Below, piece after piece: positions 30,484-38,923 of a stretch of DNA of 64,000 bases. The notes beneath the pieces were generated by a model that worked only from the letters and a program-made list of their open reading frames with translations, searched no databases and was not told the origin of the DNA. The position numbers and the translations under genes were made by a program. Origin of the DNA: an uncultured Alphaproteobacteria bacterium (GTDB taxonomy: Bacteria > Pseudomonadota > Alphaproteobacteria > HIMB59 > GCA-002718135); the NCBI GenBank assembly GCA_902621305.1, contig CACNLM010000001.1, positions 73,005-137,004 of the forward strand. Direction: 5' to 3'. Each line of letters begins with the position of its first letter. Within the stretch, counting starts at the first letter, position 1.

Positions 30484-31251
30484 TTACTCTTCCACTTTTA
30501 TTTTTCCTGATTCATGAAGTTGAATCATTTTTTGAACAAGTTCTTCTCTTGTAATATCTTCTTTATTAAATTCCCCAACAACTTCACCTCTATCTAAAAT
30601 TATAAATCTATCTGCAGCACCATATACGTGTATTATATTATGATCGATAAATATTGCAGATTTGTTTTCATTTTTTAAACCTTTTACAAAATTAAGAACT
30701 TTTTCTGTTTCTTGTATCGATAATCCCATTGTTGGTTCATCTAATACGATTAAATCAGAATTAAAATACAATGATCTACCGAAAGCTACACCTTGTTTTT
30801 CGCCACCAGAAAGACCCATTACATGAGAGTCAACTGTTATAGCTTTTGAAGTAAAACCTATATAGTCGCGTAAAATTTTTTCTGCTTCTTTTCTTTGTTT
30901 TTTTATATCCAAAAAACCAAATGAATTTGTAATTTCTCTTCCTGCAAAGATATTTCTGTATAATTCTTGCTGATCACATAATGCTCTTTCTTGATATACT
31001 GCTTCAATTCCCATTTTTCTTGATTGTGCAACTGATTTAATTTGTACCTCTTTTTCTTTAAAAAAAACTTTTCCCGAGTTTGGGCTATGAACTCCAGTTA
31101 TAACTTTAATAAGTGTAGATTTTCCAGCTCCGTTATCACCGATTAAAGCTACCACTTCACCTTTATTTATTTTGATATTCACATCTTTTAAAACTTTTAC
31201 GTTTCCAAAGTTTTTGTAAATATTTTGTAATTTTAAGAGTTCTTCAGCCAT
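30484..31251 (-). CDS. ABC transporter ATP-binding protein (single ABC domain, sugar type)
   Basis: It has Walker A GDNGAGKST, signature LSGGEKQ and Walker B LIVLDEPT. Confidence 0.9.
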   Translation of the reverse strand: MAEELLKLQNIYKNFGNVKVLKDVNIKINKGEVVALIGDNGAGKSTLIKVITGVHSPNSGKVFFKEKEVQIKSVAQSRKMGIEAVYQERALCDQQELYRNIFAGREITNSFGFLDIKKQRKEAEKILRDYIGFTSKAITVDSHVMGLSGGEKQGVAFGRSLYFNSDLIVLDEPTMGLSIQETEKVLNFVKGLKNENKSAIFIDHNIIHVYGAADRFIILDRGEVVGEFNKEDITREELVQKMIQLHESGKIKVEE

Positions 31252-31259
31252 AAAAAATA

Positions 31260-31286
31260 AACCTGCCTTATGTAATAAGGCAGGTT
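31260..31286 (-). terminator. intra-operon stem-loop plus U-tract between the binding-protein gene and the ATPase gene
   Basis: The minus-strand RNA reads AACCUGCCUUA-UUACA-UAAGGCAGGUU (11-bp stem) followed by UAUUUUUU, and then the ATPase ATG. It sits 13 nt after the SBP stop. Confidence 0.65.
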
Positions 31287-31298
31287 ATAATATTTAAT

Positions 31299-32279
31299 TT
31301 ATCTGATTTGTACTGCTGCTAATGGAGCAACAGCATCAACGTTATCAGCTGTAACAAATGCAGCACCAGTATCCATTGCTAATCCAGCCATTCCATATTT
31401 TGTACTTAGGAATAACTGAACAATTGGCATATATCCTTGGATAAATGGTTGTTGATCAATTACAACATCAATGTATCCAGAATTAATTCCATCAACAATT
31501 GGAGCTGATAAATCAAATCCAGCACCACATACTTCTTCAGTACCGTGACCTGCAGCCTTCATATATGTTGGTAAGCTTGCAGTTAATCCACCATGATCTG
31601 TAATAGCCATTTTGATATCAGGATTTGCACTATAAGTAGCAACGTACATAGGAGTTCCCTGAGATGCATCTGAGTTTACGTTATCAGGAATTTCTTGATA
31701 AACTACCTCAACACCTGCTGCTTCAACACCAGCTATTGCACCTTTAGTTCTTTCTCCTCTATTTGGCATACTTGCAAGACCCCAGATAAATGCTTTATCT
31801 CCAGCTTGTAGACCACAAACTTCAACAGCTTTTTTACCTAGATTAAATCCAGCATCGAATAGATCTGCTCCTGCATAACCAAATCCTTCAGTTTTATATT
31901 CTGATTCAAGATCAGGAAGAGGAGTGTTCATAGTAGTAATTACTATTCCCATTTCTCTAGCTTCTTGAATGATAGGTCTCATTGCAGCGTCACCAGGAAA
32001 ACCATAGATTGCAATTCCATCAGGTTGTAAAGCAACAGCTTCTTTAAATTGTTTAATCATGATTTCTGAGTTCCACTGTGACCAGTAGTAATCTACTTCA
32101 CAACCAGTGTGTTCAGCAGCAGCTACTGCACCATTGTAAACGATAGTTCCAAATGGGCCACCTTCAGGACCACCTGGAAAAAATATAAATTTTTTATCAC
32201 AGCTGTAATCATTTTTTGCTATTGCTGAAGTAGATGCAAAAGCAAAAAATAAAGCAATGACAGCAAAGATTTTTTTCAT
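31299..32279 (-). CDS. sugar/cyclitol-type ABC transporter periplasmic substrate-binding protein (RbsB-like, PBP type I)
   Basis: A signal peptide (MKKIFAVIALFFAFASTSAIA) is followed by a two-lobe PBP pattern. I chose ATG 32279 because GGAGG lies 5 nt upstream. Confidence 0.8.
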   Translation of the reverse strand: MKKIFAVIALFFAFASTSAIAKNDYSCDKKFIFFPGGPEGGPFGTIVYNGAVAAAEHTGCEVDYYWSQWNSEIMIKQFKEAVALQPDGIAIYGFPGDAAMRPIIQEAREMGIVITTMNTPLPDLESEYKTEGFGYAGADLFDAGFNLGKKAVEVCGLQAGDKAFIWGLASMPNRGERTKGAIAGVEAAGVEVVYQEIPDNVNSDASQGTPMYVATYSANPDIKMAITDHGGLTASLPTYMKAAGHGTEEVCGAGFDLSAPIVDGINSGYIDVVIDQQPFIQGYMPIVQLFLSTKYGMAGLAMDTGAAFVTADNVDAVAPLAAVQIR

Positions 32280-32469
32280 AATTCCTCCAAATAATTTATG
32301 CATTAATTTATAAGTAAATAAATCAATAATACAATTAAATTAAAGTATTAAAGATCTTATTACAAATTAAATTCTCCTTTCCTTTGATAGATAAAATAGT
32401 CGCACTTATTTACCAATTTAAAGCAATTTTTATATTTATAAGATTATCAAAAAGTGCTATTTTTTCTTT

Positions 32470-33456
32470 ATGGATGTTGATTTAGGTAAATGGTATCGAG
32501 CAAATATTGATAAAAAAGAATTCAAGCAGTTATGCAAGAAATCTGATTGGCAGGGTTTTAAGCATATGATTATTTATTTTTCATCTCTATTTCTCTTTGG
32601 ATATCTAGCGTATTTCACTTGGGGTACCTGGTGGTCATTATTATTTTTTATAATTTACGGAAATATTTGGGGATGCAGCGATGCTATATGGCATGAAACT
32701 GGTCACAGAACTGCTTTTAAATCTAAATTTTGGAATGATTTCTTTTATTATATTGCTAGTTTTATGGATAATTTTGAACCTATCAGATGGAGATATTCTC
32801 ACTATCATCATCATACTTATACTCAATTTAATGATCCTGTAGATTTTGAAATACATGTAAAAAAACCAACTGACTTAATTGTGTTTTTCTCACATTACAT
32901 TCCATTCTCTGGTTTTATTTTCTTTAAAAATTCTCTTCAATGGGAAACTATAAAACATGCATTTGGTGTAACTACTGATGTAATGAAAGTTTGTATTCCA
33001 AAAAATGAAAGATGGAAATGTAGATTATCTGCGTGGAGTCATCTTTCTATTTGGATAATTAGTATAGCTTCTTCAGTTTACTTTCAAAGTTGGCTTCCAG
33101 TTCTATACGTTTTATTGCCTAATTTTTATGGAAAGACGCTTGTTATGCTTATGGGTCTTACTCAACACGCAGGACTTAGAGAAGATAAAAGAGATCATAG
33201 GTATACAACTAGAACAGTATATTTAAATCCAGTTTTAAGTTTTTTATATTGGCATATGGAATATCATGTTGAGCACCATATGTTCCCCCAAGTTCCCTCA
33301 CATAATTTACCTAAGCTGCATGCTATGATTAAAGATCAATTACCACCTGCCAGAAAAGGTCTTCTTGGGGCTTATAAAGAAATTATTCCAGCACTCATAA
33401 AACAAGCAAAAAATCCTGACTATCAAATTCCATTATCTGTTCCAAGCAACGCTTAG
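32470..33456 (+). CDS. membrane di-iron oxygenase of the fatty-acid-desaturase fold (MocD/AlkB-like), paralog 1
   Basis: 328 aa with His boxes HETGH, HYHHH and HVEHH, plus QHAG, and hydrophobic hairpins. It is followed by its own ferredoxin reductase and Rieske ferredoxin. Confidence 0.8.
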   Translation: MDVDLGKWYRANIDKKEFKQLCKKSDWQGFKHMIIYFSSLFLFGYLAYFTWGTWWSLLFFIIYGNIWGCSDAIWHETGHRTAFKSKFWNDFFYYIASFMDNFEPIRWRYSHYHHHTYTQFNDPVDFEIHVKKPTDLIVFFSHYIPFSGFIFFKNSLQWETIKHAFGVTTDVMKVCIPKNERWKCRLSAWSHLSIWIISIASSVYFQSWLPVLYVLLPNFYGKTLVMLMGLTQHAGLREDKRDHRYTTRTVYLNPVLSFLYWHMEYHVEHHMFPQVPSHNLPKLHAMIKDQLPPARKGLLGAYKEIIPALIKQAKNPDYQIPLSVPSNA

Positions 33457-33461
33457 ACTGA

Positions 33462-34691
33462 GTGAAAAATAACATTATAATTTTAGGTGGTGGTCAAGCC
33501 GGAATCTATGCTGCTAGAGAGATCAGACAAAATGATTCAAAATTAAATATTAAAATTTTAAGTGAAGAAAATTTATTACCATACGAAAGACCTCCTTTAT
33601 CTAAAGATTTTTTGCTAGATAAAAAAAAAGAAGAAGATCTTTATTTTCATTCTAGCGACGTACTAAAAAATGAAAATATAGAATTTGAAAATATATCAAT
33701 TAATAAAGTTGATTTTGAAAATAAAAAACTTTTTGCAAAAAATGATAATGTTTACTCTTATGATAGTTTGCTTATTTCAACAGGTTCTGAAAATAAAAAA
33801 CTTACTTTAGATAATAATTTGAAGAATGACATTTATTATCTAAGAAATTTAGAAGAAGCCAAAAAAATTAAAGAAATAGTTTCAAATAAAAATAAAATAA
33901 CAATTATTGGAGGTGGTTTCATTGGCTTAGAAATTGCCTCATCTTTATCTCAGCTTCAAAAGAAAGTAATTGTTATTGAAATTGGTAATCAACTTATGGG
34001 AAGAATTATACCCAAACAAATTGCTGATTTAGTTCAAAACACTCATATAGAACATGGAAATGAAATAATATTAAATAAACAGATAGAAAAAATAACTAAA
34101 AAAAATGGCGATTATGAAATTTTATTAAATGATAATTCTTTAATAGAAACAGATTTTATAATTGCAGGTATAGGCTCAACCCCGACTGTAAAGTTATTTG
34201 AAAATACAAATTTAAAGCTTGATAATGGTATTGTAACTAATCAATTTTGTGAAACTTCTATTAAAGATGTTTATGCAGCAGGTGATGTATCTAATTTTTA
34301 TCATCCATTCTATGAAAGAAATATGCGACTCGAGTCTTATCAACATGCGCAAAATCATGGAATATGTGCTGGAAAAAATATTGCTGGAGTAAAAACAGAA
34401 TACACTTCAATTCCTTGGATGTGGTCTGATCAATTTAATTTGAATCTTCAACTGACTGGTATTTGTAATGATTATGATGAAATCATTGAAAGAGGTAATG
34501 ATATTAATAATGGTGTAATTTATTTTTTTCTAAAAAATAAAATAATAAGAGGTGCATGTGGTCTAGGAATTGCAGGAAAAATTGGTCGCGACATTAGAAT
34601 TACTTCTAAATTAAGTGAAAAAAATACCATTGTAGATAAACAAATTCTCTCAGATCAAAATCTAAAATTAAATAAACTTATACAAAAATAA
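33462..34691 (+). CDS. FAD-dependent NAD(P)H:ferredoxin reductase (pyridine nucleotide-disulfide oxidoreductase family)
   Basis: 409 aa with the FAD site ILGGGQAG, the NAD site IIGGGFIGLE and AAGDV. The C-terminal dimerisation domain is typical of Rieske or putidaredoxin reductases. Confidence 0.85.
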   Translation: MKNNIIILGGGQAGIYAAREIRQNDSKLNIKILSEENLLPYERPPLSKDFLLDKKKEEDLYFHSSDVLKNENIEFENISINKVDFENKKLFAKNDNVYSYDSLLISTGSENKKLTLDNNLKNDIYYLRNLEEAKKIKEIVSNKNKITIIGGGFIGLEIASSLSQLQKKVIVIEIGNQLMGRIIPKQIADLVQNTHIEHGNEIILNKQIEKITKKNGDYEILLNDNSLIETDFIIAGIGSTPTVKLFENTNLKLDNGIVTNQFCETSIKDVYAAGDVSNFYHPFYERNMRLESYQHAQNHGICAGKNIAGVKTEYTSIPWMWSDQFNLNLQLTGICNDYDEIIERGNDINNGVIYFFLKNKIIRGACGLGIAGKIGRDIRITSKLSEKNTIVDKQILSDQNLKLNKLIQK

Positions 34692-34743
34692 CAATTTAAT
34701 TATTTTGTATTTATTTTCATAAAATAGCTATTATATACAATTT

Positions 34744-35061
34744 ATGTCTGAAGAAAATTGGATTGAAGTAGGGTCTACAGATAGTATTGAAGAAGAGGAT
34801 CTCATAAGATTTGACCATCAAGATAAAACTTTTTGTGTGTATAAGCTAACAGATGGTTTTTATGCTACTGATGGAATTTGTACACACGAGGCGGTACACC
34901 TTGAAGATGGTTTGGTTATGGATGATGAAATTGAATGTCCAATGCACCAAGGAATTTTTAATATTAAATCTGGTGAAGCCTTAAGCCCCCCAGCGTGTGA
35001 GGATTTAAAAACATACCCAGTTAAAGTTGATAATGACAAAATTTTCATTAAGATAAATTAA
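34744..35061 (+). CDS. Rieske [2Fe-2S] ferredoxin
   Basis: 105 aa with a CTH-x16-CPMH cluster-binding motif. Its size is that of a stand-alone oxygenase ferredoxin component. Confidence 0.9.
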   Translation: MSEENWIEVGSTDSIEEEDLIRFDHQDKTFCVYKLTDGFYATDGICTHEAVHLEDGLVMDDEIECPMHQGIFNIKSGEALSPPACEDLKTYPVKVDNDKIFIKIN

Positions 35062-35080
35062 ATATTCTTTTGGAGGTTTT

Positions 35081-35908
35081 ATGAGTAGAAAAAAACTTAC
35101 AGTTTACGATTATTTGCAATGTAAAGGTAAAAGACAACTAAGTGTTATGTTTGTACATAATGCTGACGAAGCTGCAGCAGCTGAAGAGGCTGGCATTGAC
35201 ATGATTTGTACTTCTCATGATGCTCCACAATTTGGTATTTACAATTCTTTTGATGAGCTTAAGCGAATTCGCGAGGCTGCACCAACTTGCTTTATGCAAT
35301 CCGGAGGGGCAGTAAGAGTAGCTTCTGAATACGAAGCAATGAAACTATCACACAAGTATTTAGATATTGGCGCAGATGTTATCTATGGTGGTAATTGGAG
35401 TTACAAATGGATTAGAGCATTAAGAGATGAGTATGTTCCAATTAATAGTCATGTTGGATTAGTTCCAGGAAATGCTACTTGGATTGGAGGATTCGTTGCA
35501 CAAGGTAAAACTGCTGATAAAGCCGTTAGAATTTTAGAACATACTCTTGAGTTACAAGAAGCGGGGGCTATCGGAGTTGAACTCGAAGTAGTTCCTCCAA
35601 AAGTTGCAGAAGTTATTACAAAAAAAGTTGATATCATGACTCTCTCAATGGGAAGTGGTTCTGGATGTGATGGGCAATATTTATTTGCTAATGATGTACT
35701 CGGATATACCCAAGGAAAAATTCCAAGACATGCGCGAATTTATAGAGATTTTAAAAAAGAATTTGCAAAATTACAAGCTGAAAGAGTAAGTGCATTCAAA
35801 GAGTTTCACGATGATACGGTAAACAAAAAATTTAATGATCCTAAAATCACAGTTAACATTGATGAAAGTGAATTTGAAAAATTTTTAAAGCTTTCAGAAA
35901 AATTTTGA
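35081..35908 (+). CDS. PanB-like protein (ketopantoate hydroxymethyltransferase fold, divergent)
   Basis: 275 aa. The C-terminal half matches PanB blocks (SHVGLVPG, ELEVVP, GSGSGCDGQ, IPRHAR). The N-terminal motifs look substituted by eye. A GGAGG RBS is present. Confidence 0.6.
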   Translation: MSRKKLTVYDYLQCKGKRQLSVMFVHNADEAAAAEEAGIDMICTSHDAPQFGIYNSFDELKRIREAAPTCFMQSGGAVRVASEYEAMKLSHKYLDIGADVIYGGNWSYKWIRALRDEYVPINSHVGLVPGNATWIGGFVAQGKTADKAVRILEHTLELQEAGAIGVELEVVPPKVAEVITKKVDIMTLSMGSGSGCDGQYLFANDVLGYTQGKIPRHARIYRDFKKEFAKLQAERVSAFKEFHDDTVNKKFNDPKITVNIDESEFEKFLKLSEKF

Positions 35909-35911
35909 TTA

Positions 35912-36928
35912 ATGTTTGCGGGCGAAGTTGATTTAAAAACTTGGTATAAACCAAAAATTGATAAGAAAACTTTAAAGGAACTTTCTAAGAGATCTGATAC
36001 AAAAGGTTTATTAGATATATCCATATTTATTGTTGCTCTAATATTAAGTGGATATCTGTGTATTCTAAGTTGGGGTACTTTATGGTCAATACCTGCTCTT
36101 TTGCTTTATGGAAATATTTTCTATTGTAAAATCATAAGCATTCAACATGAAACAAATCACGAAACATATTTTAAAACAAGAGCGTTAAATAAACTTTTTT
36201 ATCATATAACTTCTTTACTCGGTGGTTTTGAAGCAGTTAGATGGAAGTGGAGTCATTTTCATCACCATACTTATACTATATTTACACATCAGGAGGTGTA
36301 CGACTACGAAAATAATAGTCCTAAACCAACAGAACCTGTTAGGTTTCTTTTAAATTTTTTACCTCTTGGTCCAATAATTAATATTCAAAAAATAAGACAT
36401 TTTACACATTTTGAAATTATTAAACATTCATTTGGAATAATTACTCCTGTTGTAAAAGTTACTGTACCTGAAAAGGAGATCAAAAAAATTATTAATAGTT
36501 CCAGGTTATATTTAGGTTTTTGGTTACTTGTAATTTTTTCCTCAGTTTTCTTACAATCATGGTTACCAATCATAATGATAATTCTACCCCCATTTTATGG
36601 GAATACTATATTGATGATTTGTGGCATGACTCAACATGCTGGACTAGCTGATAATATTAAAGATCATAGAAAAAGTACAAGAACCGTTATTATGAATCCC
36701 TTTTTTAGTTTTTTGTATTCAAACATGGAGTATCATATTGAGCATCATATTTTCCCAAAAATCCCATGCCATAATTTAAAAAAATTTCACAAAATAGTTA
36801 AAAATCAAATGCCAGAACCTCATAACGGAATAATTTCTGCTTATAGATCAATAATCCCAGCAATATTTAAGCAATCTAAAGATAAAAATTATTTTATTGA
36901 TGTGAAGGTTCCAGATACGACAATTTAG
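35912..36928 (+). CDS. membrane di-iron oxygenase of the fatty-acid-desaturase fold, paralog 2
   Basis: 338 aa and alignable end to end with the 32470 gene. Its His boxes are HETNH, HFHHH and HIEHH, and it shares FLQSWLP, GMTQHAGL, DHR.STRTV and IIPAIFKQSK. Confidence 0.8.
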   Translation: MFAGEVDLKTWYKPKIDKKTLKELSKRSDTKGLLDISIFIVALILSGYLCILSWGTLWSIPALLLYGNIFYCKIISIQHETNHETYFKTRALNKLFYHITSLLGGFEAVRWKWSHFHHHTYTIFTHQEVYDYENNSPKPTEPVRFLLNFLPLGPIINIQKIRHFTHFEIIKHSFGIITPVVKVTVPEKEIKKIINSSRLYLGFWLLVIFSSVFLQSWLPIIMIILPPFYGNTILMICGMTQHAGLADNIKDHRKSTRTVIMNPFFSFLYSNMEYHIEHHIFPKIPCHNLKKFHKIVKNQMPEPHNGIISAYRSIIPAIFKQSKDKNYFIDVKVPDTTI

Positions 36929-36966
36929 TCTCTTTTTTTTTATTCAAAATATACTATAAATACATC

Positions 36967-37971
36967 ATGGGAAATCAACTAAATGATAGTGATTTTGGTA
37001 CAAGAGATAAAAGAGGTCATTGGAAACCATTTGGTACAATAAGTATTAATCCACCTAAAGATATATTTTTTAACCCAATTAAATTTTTGAAGTATTTTTT
37101 TAAATTTCCGGGAATTTTTTTCCCATGGACCTTTGTCTTTGCAGCAATAACAGTTGCTACATATCTTTTTTTGACTCCTTCTTTAGAGACAATGAAGACT
37201 TTTGAAATAGGATGGATATCCTATATTTTTTTTAGAAACTCAGTTATTATTTTGCTTTGGACAGGCTTCTTTCATTTAAGACTAAAGACACAAGGAACTT
37301 CATTTAAATATAACCCACGACCTCTAGAAAAAAATAACTCAACTTTTTTATTTAATGATCAGACTAAAGACAACCTATTCTATACTTTTTGTAGTGCTAT
37401 TCCATTATGGACAGCTTATGAAGTAATTACATTTTGGGCATTTGCAAATCAAATAATCCCATATGTAAGCTGGGAAGCTTATCCGATATATTGTTGTTTT
37501 ATGTTCTTTCTTGTTCCATTTATAAGAGACGCACATTTTTACTTAACTCATAGATTATTACACTGGGCACCACTTTATAAAATTGCGCATAAAGTTCATC
37601 ACCGTAATACAAATACAGGTGCTTGGTCAGGTATGTCTATGCATCCAATAGAGCATATACTCTATTTTTCAGGAATCTTAGTTCATTGGATAATTCCTTC
37701 ACATCCTCTTGTTGCGATGTATCATGTATTTCATGCTGGTTTAGCACCTACACCTGGACATACTGGATATGAAAAAATGACTTTTAAAAATGGTGTATCA
37801 ATCCCAACAGGTGATTATATGCATTATATTCATCACAAATATTTTGAATGCAATTACTCAGGCGGAAATACTAGTTTCTTAGATAAATTAATGGGTACGT
37901 TCCATGATGGATCTGAAGAAGCAACCAAAGAAGTAATGGCTCGTATCAAAGATAAAGCCCATTACCTCTAA
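36967..37971 (+). CDS. fatty acid hydroxylase / sterol desaturase superfamily membrane oxygenase
   Basis: 334 aa with His boxes HFYLTH(RLLH), HKVHH(RN) and HYIHHKYF, and four or more TM segments. Confidence 0.75.
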   Translation: MGNQLNDSDFGTRDKRGHWKPFGTISINPPKDIFFNPIKFLKYFFKFPGIFFPWTFVFAAITVATYLFLTPSLETMKTFEIGWISYIFFRNSVIILLWTGFFHLRLKTQGTSFKYNPRPLEKNNSTFLFNDQTKDNLFYTFCSAIPLWTAYEVITFWAFANQIIPYVSWEAYPIYCCFMFFLVPFIRDAHFYLTHRLLHWAPLYKIAHKVHHRNTNTGAWSGMSMHPIEHILYFSGILVHWIIPSHPLVAMYHVFHAGLAPTPGHTGYEKMTFKNGVSIPTGDYMHYIHHKYFECNYSGGNTSFLDKLMGTFHDGSEEATKEVMARIKDKAHYL

Positions 37972-38015
37972 ACTTATCTTCATAAATTTTTAATTTTATT
38001 ATAATGATCTAAAAT

Positions 38016-38891
38016 ATGAGTAAGGTTGAATTATATAAAGATGTAAAAAATAGTTTGGGAGAGGGTATTACTTGGTCTTCAATTGACCAAAGTTTATTTT
38101 GGGTAGATATTAAACCAAAATCAGTTTTATTCAGAATTAATTTAGATAACGAAAAATTAGAAACTTTTGACTTACCCGATTTTGTAACAGCGACGTCAAT
38201 AATCTCAAAGAATGAAATTGCTTTAGTCTCAAATAATGGGGTAAATAAATTTAACTTTCAATCTAAAAAATACGAAAGAATAATTAATGTTGAAGATGAT
38301 ATTTTAACAAATAGATCTAATGATGGTGCATCTGACGTTAGGGGCAGGCTTTGGTTTGGCACTATGCAAAATAATTTTAATCAAGATGGAAGTGCAAAAT
38401 CTTTAAATGCTAAATCTGGAAGTTTATATTGTTTATCTGATAATAAGGTAAATATTGTTGAAACAAATCTTGGTATACCTAATACATTTGTTTGGAGTCC
38501 AGATAACACGAAATTTTATTTTGCCGATACAACTGAGGGATCATTACTAGAATACAATTTTAACCTAGACGAAGGTAGTTTGTCAGATAAAAAAAACTTC
38601 TTCGATTTTGATAGAGGTGCTCCAGATGGATCAACTATTGATAGTGATGGTTTTATTTGGAATTGTCGTTGGGGTGGATCATGTATAGTGAGAATTGATC
38701 CTAAAGGAAGAATGGATAAAATCTATGAGCTACCTGTTGAAAATGTAACTAATTGTGTATTTGGAGGAAGTGATCTTAAAACTTTATTTATTACAAGTGC
38801 AGCAAATTCAGGTAAAAATCAACATGATGGTAGTCTATTTGCATTAAATGTTAATGTGCCTGGGCTTGAAGATAATAAATTTAAAATTTGA
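38016..38891 (+). CDS. SMP-30/gluconolactonase/LRE family lactonase
   Basis: 291 aa with LGEGITW, NDG..D..GR.WFGTM, PDG...D..G and a six-blade propeller repeat pattern. Confidence 0.85.
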   Translation: MSKVELYKDVKNSLGEGITWSSIDQSLFWVDIKPKSVLFRINLDNEKLETFDLPDFVTATSIISKNEIALVSNNGVNKFNFQSKKYERIINVEDDILTNRSNDGASDVRGRLWFGTMQNNFNQDGSAKSLNAKSGSLYCLSDNKVNIVETNLGIPNTFVWSPDNTKFYFADTTEGSLLEYNFNLDEGSLSDKKNFFDFDRGAPDGSTIDSDGFIWNCRWGGSCIVRIDPKGRMDKIYELPVENVTNCVFGGSDLKTLFITSAANSGKNQHDGSLFALNVNVPGLEDNKFKI

Positions 38892-38923
38892 TTTTTTACT
38901 TTAATTAGCTAAAACTTTCACAC

